From Eledone cirrhosa (taxonomy: Eukaryota), in assembly GCA_964016885.1 (NCBI GenBank), contig OZ024741.1, positions 132,184,001-132,248,000 on the forward strand: DNA of 64,000 bases, written 5' to 3'. A program made the translations under genes and the position numbers. The notes beneath the pieces are model-generated. The model saw only the letters and a program-made list of their open reading frames with translations, was not told where the DNA came from and made no database searches. This document shows positions 12,969 through 24,800 of the stretch, piece after piece (positions within the stretch are counted from its first letter, which is position 1; every line of letters begins with the position of its first letter).

Positions 12969-14180
12969 TTAGGAATAACCAAAGAGTGCTTAGAAATACA
13001 TTGTTTTATTAGCTAACAGTGTTTCATCCATACACCATGGCAGGAATCATCATAGCCTATAAACAAGAGTATATCAGTAGTTGCATGCTCCATCGAGCTG
13101 CGTCACCAGAACAAGGTTAAAGGACCAGCATGGGGTCCCGAGGCCAGCGCTATATGGAAAAAGGCAGAATACATGATGCACATAATGTCATAAAATGTCT
13201 TCAAAATCTAAATATTTAAAAATTACACCAAAACTTTATCACTTAAATGGTGCAATAGATGATAAAGAGGTTGGGAGAGGGTAGCAAGGGATTAGTGAGG
13301 GTATTACTCAGCATGATCAGAAACAATAAGAAAATAATAAAAAAAATAATAAAAAAGTACAAAAATACCGGGATAAGAAAAAAGATAAATATAAAAATAC
13401 AAAACAATAAAAGAACAAAAAGTCCGGAAACCCCCCCAAAATATAAGACAAAGCAAAGCATAGATGCATCAAAGCACAAGAAGTGGTTCGTAGCGTGCCT
13501 ATATAAGGAGAATCGACCTGTTACAAGGCGATATAATTGGAGTACACCATCCTTCATATAGACTATCATACATGTAAGGCCACACCACTGCTAACCAACT
13601 ATTCTTTTCACAGACTCATGCTTGCAAACTCTCTTAATATGCCTGTACACCCTGTTTTGCACTGCTTGTGCTTTGATGCATCTATGCTTTGCTTTGTCTT
13701 ATATATTTTTTTTGGGGGGGGGGGGGCGGGCTTTTTGTTCCTTTATTGTTTTGTATTTTTATATTTATCTCTTTTCTTATCCCTGTATTTTTGTACTTTT
13801 TTATTATATTTTTATTATTTTCTTATTGATTCTGATGATGCTGAGTAACACCCTCACTCATCTCTTGCTACCCTCTCCCAACCTCTTTATCATCTATTGC
13901 ACCATATAAGTGATACATTTTTGGTATAATTTTTAAATTTTAAAGATATTTTATGACATTATGTGCATCATGTATTCTTTCTTTTTCCATATAGCGCTGG
14001 CCTCGGGACCCCCCTGTTGGTCCTTTAACCTTGTTCTGATGACGCAACTCGATCGAGCATGCAACTACTGATATACTCTTGTTTATAGGCTTGATGATTC
14101 CTGCTATGGTGTATGGATGAAACACTGTTAGCTAATAAAACAATGTATTTCAAGCACTCTTTGGTTATTCCTATAACTAT
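12964..14180. mobile_element. ORF-less fold-back element with ~520-bp imperfect inverted arms (12964-13485 / 13660-14180); probable inverted pair of PLE pseudo-LTRs
   Basis: The arms are diverged reverse complements. Each carries a decayed hammerhead-like motif followed by AATAAA (14089-14132 on +; ~13010-13057 on -). Confidence 0.75.
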
Positions 14181-14425
14181 AACAGCTCTGTTGTATACTA
14201 GTTATCCTACATTGAGCTAAATCAACACTGTCATACAAAGGGCAATATATCTGCATGTCTGGCCATATTGATATATTTGTCAACGAAATATATATATATA
14301 TATATATATTTGTGAACGAAATATATATATATATATATATATATACCTATATATATATATACCTGTATATATATATACCTATATATATATATATATATAT
14401 ACCTATATATATATATATATATATA

Positions 14426-14847
14426 TTATTAGAAATGTTAGCTATCGCCGTATTTTGACTAAAGAAATTAAAGAAATTATTTAGCCTGATAGTGGGGTTA
14501 AGAACCCTCGGAGAAATGGAAAAAGATGAGTATTGGCGTATATGGGAGTCGAACCCACAACTTTGGTTATCCGGACCACTATGCTACCATTTACACCAAC
14601 ACATCACCCGTCTTTTTCCATTCAAATTAGAAGCTATAAACTTAGCGACTCTAATGTCAAGTAAGAATATTTTCGAAACAGCGAGTGGATTTGAAATTAT
14701 TAGAAATGTTAGCTATCGCCGTATTTTGACTAAAGAAATTAAAGAAACTATTTAGCCTGATAGTGGGGTTAAGAACCCTCGGTGAAATGGAAAAAGATGA
14801 GTATTGACGTACATGGGAGTCGACTCCCATGTACGTCAATACTCATC
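14426..14847 (-). repeat. ~1.5 tandem copies of a 271-bp unit containing a tRNA-like module, ending in a fold-back
   Basis: tagaaatgttagctatcgccg at 14430 and 14701 (period 271). A further partial copy lies at 17618-17862. Confidence 0.85.
14534..14605 (-). pseudogene. tRNA-like sequence (72 nt; tRNA-Ile-like 3' two-thirds; not a canonical tRNA)
   Basis: GATGTGT TGGTGTAAATGGTAGCAT A GTGGT CCGGATA ACCAA AGTT GTGGG TTCGACT CCCAT ATACGCC A: A-box, B-box, T-arm and D-arm present; acceptor stem has one mismatch and the anticodon arm is aberrant. Confidence 0.7.
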
Positions 14848-17070
14848 ACCAACACGAGCGAAATTGCACAACAAACACACGATGGGATAGAGAAAATCCC
14901 CAACGCCCACATGATGATGTGGACTGATATCCTAAAGCCAAGCAGACGCACTGCCAACAACTTCCAGGCGTCTAACAATGGCATACCACCCTTGTATGGG
15001 CTCCGCAAAGACCACAAGACAGTCGACGACCCGACAACAGGACCACCAACAAGACCCGTATGCGGAGCTAATATAGCGAGTAACTACAGGATCTCCTACT
15101 TCCTCTCAATGGTTATACGCCCCATAATCAAGATGTCCCCGGATGTATGTGACAGTACAGAGGACCTCCTCCGCGACGTCGACACAGACGAACTGGGCCT
15201 CCTACTTAGACTTACCTACGACACTGACTACCTAGACAGCCATGACATTAGACGTTTCTGCCCTAGTAGACCCATAAGAGGTAGACCCTCCACCATAACC
15301 TCAATGGCAAAAAAGACTCCCATGGGAAGGTGAATTGGGTGGACCAAAGCTATACGGACCCCCCAAAACAAGGATCAGGTAAGAAAAATGGTCGCAGAGG
15401 CAATATGGGCTAGTATCAAAACTACCCTCAAGGGCCACATATTTAAGTTCAACGAGAACATCTACACCCAAAATGAAGGAACAGCCATTGGTGTCAGCAT
15501 AGCTGGTGATGTTGCCAACCTTTTCCTGGTATGGTGGGAAAGGAGACTTAAAGATCTCCTTAATGAGAGCTCCATAGACCTCATTATGTACTCTCGTTAT
15601 GTAGACGATATTAATATAGTTATAAGAACATTCCCACTAGAGAGCACTAACAAGTTTGATTTAGAACGTAGCACAATGGAAAGCATCCAGCAGATAGCTG
15701 ATTCCATACACCAGAGTATAACTGTAACTATCGACTTCCCTTCCAAACACCCTAACAATAGACTACCTGTATTAGACACAGAACTCTGGATTAACACTAT
15801 AGACGAGAGAGCCCAAATTCTCCACTCACACTATGCTAAACCCATCGCCTCCAAATACCTGATACTCAAAAACTCAGCAATGTCCAGTAGTGCTAAGTTT
15901 AATATTCTGATCGCAGATTTGGTACGAGTGATGAAGAATGTGTCCCGCATGCGCGACCCAACAGAAATGGAAAGACACATCCAACACTTTATCAACCGCA
16001 TGCAGTTCTCTGGCTACAACCAAAGAGACAGAGTCAGAGTATACGAAGGAGCCATGGAGAAATATAAGACCCTCATAGAACTGGACATGAAAGGAATTTG
16101 CCCATTATACAGGAGCAAATCATGGAATAGCTTAGATAGGGCTAGACATAAGATAGGGAAAACCACCTCATGGTACGACAACCAGAGATACCAGAGTGTC
16201 ATGTTTGTGGACGCTACCCCTGCAGGGAAATTAGCTAATCAGTGTAGAAAGGCCCTGAGAAAGACCCACTTAAAAATTAAGGTGGTAGAAAAGCCAGGAA
16301 CCACCATAAAATCCCTGATCAGCAAAACCTACCCTTTTAAGAAAACCCACTGTACCAATAGGAAATGTATCATATGTAAGGTAAACCCCCGGATAAACTG
16401 TAAAACTAGAAACGTAGTCTATAGCATAAGATGTACAGAGGGTACCTGCAGAAACATGACAACAGCATAAATAGGTGAGACAGCTCGTAGCATAGGTGAA
16501 AGGATAGACCAACACTGGGGGGAACTAAAAGGACGAAAAAACGGGTCAGTACTATACGAACATGCCAGACAACAACATGACGGTAATATAGACAACATAG
16601 AAATTAGAATAATATCTAAACATAGAAATGACCCAGCAGATAGGCAAATCAGAGAGGCCAGTGAAATAGAATTTAGACGACCAAGACTAAAGAGAAAGAA
16701 TGAATGGAATAACAACAACACCCAAACAAACAACACTGACCTAAGAGAAGTATAAATAAGTAAACAAAATAAAATAAAATAAATAAATAAATAAATAAAT
16801 AAATAAATACATACACAAGCACAATAACAACAAACACATAAACACACATTAGTCACCCAATCACGAACACACATCACACATCAAACAAAACACTATACAC
16901 ACACGCAAACGCATGCGCAAAGAAGACAAAATAAATAAACAAACAAGCAAATAAATAAATAAATATATAGACAGACTGAATAAAAAATGGCGTAGCCATA
17001 CAATTCAACAGGAGGAAACAATAACACCACTGACGATGTTCCAGATGTGCAACGAAAGATTTATGACAAA
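14848..17070 (+). mobile_element. 5'-truncated Penelope-like retroelement (RT plus C-terminal GIY-YIG with Cys-rich linker; possibly Neptune/Nematis type), with stops
   Basis: PPLYGLRKDHK...RPV, YTQNEGTAIG, YSRYVDDI, LPVLD, CTNRKCIICK...NVVYSIRC...*IGETARSIGERIDQH, LYEH. Stops end at 15333 and 16470 (the latter replaces the Y of YIG). Confidence 0.9.
17027..17066 (+). ncRNA. Decayed minimal type I hammerhead ribozyme motif in the PLE 3' end
   Basis: cca CTGACGA t gttcca-gatg-tgcaac GAAA gattt a tga; core intact, stems I-III carry mismatches. Confidence 0.55.
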
Positions 17071-17311
17071 CTATATATATGTGTTTGTGTCTATATTGTA
17101 TCTGTATTATTTTTGACCGTCGGTCAGTCAATGGCAACATTGAGGACCGAGTATATTATATTATATTAGATTACCGATATAAAAGACACAGAAGCGAAAA
17201 GCGAAAACCAACCAAACAGTGAGTGTGTTCTGTTATTAATTCTGGCAATATTACACAAATATGACCCTCCCCAAGTATAACAGTATATATATAGATATAT
17301 ATATACATATT

Positions 17312-17379
<68 letters not shown>

Positions 17380-17465
17380 GTAGGAGGTGAGTTTTATTGT
17401 AGTACAATAAAGCAATGCAGATATCGGATAAGAAGCACTCTACAGTTTCTGGGACTGGAGTATGC

Positions 17466-17571
17466 ATAATATAAGATCAAAAGATGGTTAAAGGAGTTCC
17501 ATATATTTTATTATTGTTTTTGAAATGCGCATAATAAAATATATGGAACTCCTTTAACCATCTTTCGATCT

Positions 17572-17579
<8 letters not shown>
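17466..17579. repeat. Fold-back hairpin, 49-bp arms, 16-nt spacer
   Basis: 17466-17514 is the reverse complement of 17531-17579 (one mismatch). Confidence 0.9.
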
Positions 17580-17612
<33 letters not shown>

Positions 17613-17617
17613 TATAT

Positions 17618-17785
17618 ATTAAAGAAATTATATAGCCTAATAGTGGGGTTAAGAACCCTCGGAGAAATGGAAAAAGATGAGTATTGACGTACATGGGAGT
17701 CGACTCCCATGTACGTCAATACTCATCTTTTTCCATTTCTCCGAGGGTTCTTAACCCCACTATTAGGCTATATAATTTCTTTAAT
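17618..17785. repeat. Perfect 168-bp palindrome with no spacer
   Basis: 84-bp arms are exact reverse complements, centred on GAGTC|GACTC (17701/17702). Confidence 0.95.
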
Positions 17786-17859
17786 TTCTTTAGTCAAAAT
17801 ACGGCGATAGCTAACATTTCTAATAATTTCAAATCCACTCGCTGTTTCGAAAATATTCT

Positions 17860-17916
<57 letters not shown>

Positions 17917-17932
17917 ATATATATATACATAC

Positions 17933-17999
<67 letters not shown>

Positions 18000-18021
18000 T
18001 ATATATACCCATATATATATA

Positions 18022-18058
<37 letters not shown>

Positions 18059-18081
18059 ATATGTATATATATATATATATA

Positions 18082-18150
<69 letters not shown>

Positions 18151-18403
18151 ATATATATATATATATATATATACCTATATATATATATATATATATACCT
18201 ATATATATATATATATATATACCTATATATATATATATATATACCTATATATATATATACCTATATATATATATACCTATATATATATATATACCTATAT
18301 ATATATACCTATATATATATATATATATACCTATATATATATATATATATGCCTATGTATATATATATATATATATACCTATGTATATATATATATATAT
18401 ATA

Positions 18404-18446
<43 letters not shown>

Positions 18447-18782
18447 ATATATATATATATATATAATAGAATAATCGAGTATCGGAAAAACAGCTCACGA
18501 ATTAACGATAAACAATATCCGATATGTGTGGCAGAGGGCTCAATAATTTGGATAAATCAGAGCTATAACCATCGTTAAATTACCAACACATAGAGATTAT
18601 GCCTAAAATCACCCGTACAGCCGAAAAAGAACGACCAGGAAGATTCGGCTCACTCAAATAAAATATCAATAAATCAATAATTTAAATGAATGTAATATAT
18701 ATATAACAAAGGAATTGTGGTAAGGAACCAGATGGACCATAACGCACCAGAGTACTCAATACTTAGGATAGTAGAGTGGGAA

Positions 18783-18866
18783 ATAGGAAAAAGTGTGACC
18801 CCGACGGCAGAGCTCAAGCCGTCGAAACGGCTTGAGCTCTGCCGTCGGGGTCATACTTTTTCCTAT
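18783..18866. repeat. Fold-back hairpin, 40-bp arms, CGAA loop, containing the 3' half of a hammerhead
   Basis: The arms are reverse complements (one G-T). cGAAA cggc-ttgagctct-gccg TC gggg spans the apex. Confidence 0.85.
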
Positions 18867-18914
18867 ATATATATATATATATATATACCTATTTATATAT
18901 ATATATATATATAC

Positions 18915-19051
<137 letters not shown>

Positions 19052-19059
19052 AATATATA

Positions 19060-19157
<98 letters not shown>

Positions 19158-19161
19158 TATA

Positions 19162-19215
<54 letters not shown>

Positions 19216-19228
19216 GTATATATATATA

Positions 19229-19270
<42 letters not shown>

Positions 19271-19375
19271 GTATATATATATATATTTATATATATATAT
19301 ACCTATATGTATATATATATCTATATATATACCTATATACATATATATATATATATATATACCTATATATATATA

Positions 19376-19450
<75 letters not shown>

Positions 19451-19490
19451 ATATACATATATATATATATATATACCTATATATATATAC

Positions 19491-20102
19491 CTGGTCAGGT
19501 CACCAGTTGGTGCTACTGGTAACATGTATTCCAGTACAACCTGTCCCATGGTCGGGTCGTTGGCGACTAAACTGGCAACCCCACCAAGGTTTCTTGGTGA
19601 GGAGGGTGACTTTGGACATCCTGCAGGACTAAAAACAAAACCTGTCAAAAGGCAAAGGAGCTCTTAAGAGTCAATGGCCATCTAAAATCACTGGGAGAGA
19701 TGACCCCTTAGCCTTTGTCAAAGCAGAATTCTAGGAGAAGGAAAACTCTGATATAACACCTGCAACCCTGATGGTATCCAATGATGTTGACTTGTTCTTC
19801 TTTTTGGTAAATATCATCTTGGTTAAGAGAGTGGGACTGGCTTTGTGCAGTGCCTTTGCTCACTATAAAAGCTTCACGGCACAGGCATTGCTTTATATCT
19901 GGAGATCTCTCTGCATTGGTCGTCACATGGTACCATGGGCCCAGCACTATGTGTCAATAATTGTCACAAGTGTAGTGTTTGTACCAGAGCTTTCAAGTCG
20001 CTGGCTGGACTAAAAAGTCACACTCGTTCAGCGCATCAGTAGGGGTTCTCCTACATGGATATAAAGTAGTGGCCGTACTCGAAAACGAGTTGGCAGCCAC
20101 CA
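19491..20102 (+). mobile_element. ~610-bp non-coding interspersed repeat (probable non-autonomous retroelement, RTE 5'UTR-like); strand arbitrary
   Basis: Homologous copies at 40302-40764 (inverted) and 60062-60566. Contains ctaggagaaggaaaactctgat, a motif I recall from RTE/BovB-type 5' UTRs. Flanked by (TA)n. Confidence 0.65.
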
Positions 20103-20110
20103 TATATATA

Positions 20111-20175
<65 letters not shown>

Positions 20176-20190
20176 ATATATATATATATA

Positions 20191-20277
<87 letters not shown>

Positions 20278-20453
20278 GTATATATATATACCTATATATA
20301 TATATAAACATATATTTATATATATATATATATATGTATATATTGAAAAAAATGAAAACGAAATTTCATTTCTCACTCTTAGTACGGCACTTACTTAAAT
20401 GTAAGTATGTATGTATACGTACATACATATATGTATACAGACGTACAGTAGCA

Positions 20454-20513
<60 letters not shown>

Positions 20514-20578
20514 GAGAGGTATACACATTTTTCTCGCATGCTACGGACGTATGTAGTTAGGGCTCTACCCTGAGGTGC

Positions 20579-20669
20579 TCCCTTGATAAGCTGGCTTACC
20601 TCACAACAATGTTGTATATCTATGATATAACATTCTTGCATAGTGACCAGCGAAACTGTACAGTCGGGA
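20579..20669 (+). ncRNA. Type I hammerhead ribozyme motif, U3:A8 core variant, long stem II
   Basis: tccc TTGATAA gctgg...ccagc GAAA ctgtacag TC ggga: 4-bp stem I, 5-bp stem II base, palindromic stem III ACTGTACAGT, GUC triplet. Confidence 0.8.
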
Positions 20670-20802
20670 CAAAGAAAAAAATAGGTATATTGTATCTGCT
20701 ATTCCTTTTTATAATATTTTATATATATATACCTATATATATATATATATACCTATAAATATATGTATATATATACCTATATATATATGTGTATATATAT
20801 AC

Positions 20803-20836
<34 letters not shown>

Positions 20837-20901
20837 ATATATATATTCCTATATATATACCTATATATATATATACCTATATATATACCTATATATATAT
20901 A

Positions 20902-21002
<101 letters not shown>

Positions 21003-21047
21003 ATATATATATCTTTACCTATATATATATATACCTATATATATATA

Positions 21048-21108
<61 letters not shown>

Positions 21109-21119
21109 ATATATATATA

Positions 21120-21193
<74 letters not shown>

Positions 21194-21313
21194 CATATAT
21201 ATATATATACCTATATATATATACCTATATATATACCTATATATATATACCTATATATACATATACCTATATATATACCTATATATATATACCTATATAT
21301 ATATATATATATA

Positions 21314-21350
<37 letters not shown>

Positions 21351-21417
21351 ATATATATATATATATATATCCTTACCTATATATATATATATATATATAC
21401 CTATTTATATATATACC

Positions 21418-21452
<35 letters not shown>

Positions 21453-21473
21453 ATATATGCCTATATATATATA

Positions 21474-21526
<53 letters not shown>

Positions 21527-21723
21527 ATACATATATATATATATAGATATAGATATAGATAGATAAATACACACGGGTGTGTATGATTATGTATAGAAGA
21601 TTATATTAATAAGAGGAATTCCAACTTTGTCTGATTTACTCGTTTTATTTACAATCCTTTAAAATATATATAATGGTATTATAATGAAATAGTATGATAG
21701 AATATTAAATTCTAAGTGTTAAT

Positions 21724-21762
21724 TGAACAAGTACTTTCATGCTTTCGCAATCTTCAGGTTCA
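21724..21762 (-). ncRNA. Minimal type I hammerhead-like motif in an inverted pseudo-LTR
   Basis: Minus strand: tgaac CTGAAGA t tgc-gaaa-gca t GAAA gtac TT gttca; palindromic AGTACT; CUU triplet. Confidence 0.65.
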
Positions 21763-21804
21763 TGATATGTGGTGACAGTCGAGTTTGCAATTTTCAACTG
21801 TGTT

Positions 21805-24800
21805 AGGATTTCCACACTCTCTAAGGACGTAGGAACATTTAATGAACATGCGGAGTACTATAATAATGCCCTAGCAAATTCAGGTTACTCTAGTAAAATA
21901 CACTATAATAATAGTAACCTTAGAAAGTCTCCGTCTACTTTTAGTAATAATAACATAATATCACATAACTTGGCCATGAATGTGAGTAGCAAACATAATA
22001 ACCGTAAAAATTATATAGGTGTATCTGAACCCACCCATAAGTTAACCCACCGAACCCGCAATAGTGAATATAATACCTCTAGGAAACAAGTTGAACCCCC
22101 TGAGCGCTCACACATTGGTGATAATTTAGCTGGATCTTATTCTGATAATGTTGCTCCTACTGATCCTATCATTGCCCTGATCCTTATGATGGGATTCCGG
22201 ACAGCAGCAGATCTACTGGAGGTAGAAACTGTAATAGAGTTAATGAAATTTTGGCTGATTCTATGAATGCGGCTTTAACTAATCCTTGTAGTAATCCTAG
22301 TCTCGATGGCGGGATATTCGATAATGGTAGAGTCGGTAAGAATAAAAATAGAAGGCGATTAAATACTTATTTTAACCCGCCATATAATCAGGAAGTATCA
22401 ACTAATATCCCTAGGTCTTTCTTCTCTATCTTAGAGAAAAATTTCCCCCTTCTCATAAATACCATAGTATTTTTAATAAAAATGTTATTAAACTTTCATT
22501 CTCTACCACCCCTAATATTAGTTCTCATTTAGCTAGCACTAACAATAGGAAAATTAGGGATGGATTCTCCTCTCTACATACTACTAGTCCGAACAGATCT
22601 GGCAATGCATTACCACCAGAACAGTCCTTATCTAATAGTAATCCTACGTGTAATGCATCACCACTTGAGTCAACCAATAACACCCGGAAGTGCAATTGTA
22701 GAGTGAGTGCTAACTGCCCTTTAAACGGTAACTGCCTTTCTAAGAACATTGTCTATGCTTGCGAAGTTATAACTAATTCCTCTAATAGAACTTATATAGG
22801 CTCTACATCTAACACTTTTAAGACTAGGTTTAACTCTCATATCTCTAATTTCAAGCATGTTAAGTTTAAGAATTCTACTTCTTTAACACATTATGTCTGG
22901 GATCTTAAGATAGCTAATATACCATATAGCCTTAACTAGCGTTTAGTAGCACGCTCTAACCACCTTTCTACACATACTAAGTTTTGTAATCTCTGTATCC
23001 TCGAGACACACTCTATAATCTTCTCTAGCGCATTTTTACTTAATAGAAAGTCTGAGATATTCTCTTCTTGCCCCCATGCTATTTCTAATTTATACTTTTA
23101 TTATAAACCTAAACGTTCTAGTAGTACAAATTGTACCCATTAGCTGATATATTCCATTATTTATTTTTTAGTTTAGGTCTTTTTGTTTGCCAACATTATT
23201 GTTAACATCATTATTATCATTGGTTTTTGATGACTCTTCATTCTAGCTCTCATAATCTTTTGGCTACTGTACCATATCTATCTTCTTACGCATTAAATTT
23301 TCACTGTTACACCTTATGAATGTATATAAGATTGTATATTTTACGCTATTCATTTTTTAATTCTTATTTTTATTTTTATTTTTATTCGGATTCTTCTTTG
23401 GACCCCCCCCCCCCTCCACCCCCCATGCGCACATAAACTTATTATCAACCCCTCCAAATTGACTATGATTATATTATATTTAACCCCCCCCCCTCTTTTA
23501 CGCTCCTTTCTATTATGTAATATAGTATATCGTCTATATTTTATGCCCCTTTGCATCCTCCATACATTTCTTCATTTCTGTCCCTATTAGCCTACCTTAA
23601 TTCTGCTTAAGTCAGTTCTTTGGATATCGTTATGTATAAGATAATAAAAAAATTTCATTCCTTTTTGTAAACATTTGGAACGAAATATTAACGTTTATAA
23701 ACTTTAATGACTTAAACTATAGCTAATATTATACTGTCTTATTGGATAGTTTAAATATTTTTAATATTAATCTATCAAATAGGGTTTTCGAGTCATTTAC
23801 AGGGGTTCTTTCCTTAGCTTTTACTTAACTACTTAACTGCATGTGAGACCTAAATGTATACGTTTGTTTTTGTTTTTTAATTTCCGGTTGATTCTATTTA
23901 TTTATTTTATTCTATATTTTATATTTTATATTTTATATTTTATTTGTAATACTACTGTGCATTATATTTACTGTCTGGCACTTACTCACTCATCCATATA
24001 CATGTCTGTCTACCAACCTTGTAATTATAAGTAATTATATATTATATTGTATTAATTTATTTTATATAATATTATATTATATTGTATTTTTTATTGTAAT
24101 ATTGATCCTTATTACTTACCGTTAATTATATGTAACATTATGATATGTTAAACTTTATATATCATGTAAGATGTTTGTACTTCTGTACCATCAACATTTT
24201 TTGAGGTATTGTACAGTTTATTTTTCCTCACCTACTCTGTAACCCAATATGAACTGATTTGTTAACTTGAGTACATTTATATTGTTTATGATAAATGTTA
24301 GTATATTGTATATTGTAAATGTTAATATATCATTATTATATTATTATTGTGACATCTATATTGTTTGTGTAAATTAACCGGTGATTATCTATTCTATTAT
24401 ATTGTATTATATAGTATATAATTGTATTATTTATTATTTATTATATGTGCTACTTATAATTATATCATATTATTACCTCATGTATATTGGGTAGATGTAT
24501 TAGTATTATTATTATTATTATTTTCATTCCTATCATGCTTATTTTTATATTCAAATTCTTAATAAGGTTTAATTTGTGCAGTTGAAGATGGATGTGTGTA
24601 TTGTTGTATGTGTATGTGTGTGTACGTGTGCGCACATATATACATATGCATATTGTATCTTTTGATTTTTATTGTAATTTTAATGTTGGTAAAGGTATAT
24701 TATAGTATATTATATTGTATTATATATAATTCCTGCTCTATATAACCACCTTTGTTTAGCTCTAGTGTTTTTTTTGCTTTGGACTATATTTGTAATATGG

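Noticed and set aside
14534-14605. Functional tRNA gene
   Set aside because: Mismatched acceptor stem, aberrant anticodon arm lacking U33, and embedded in a repeat.
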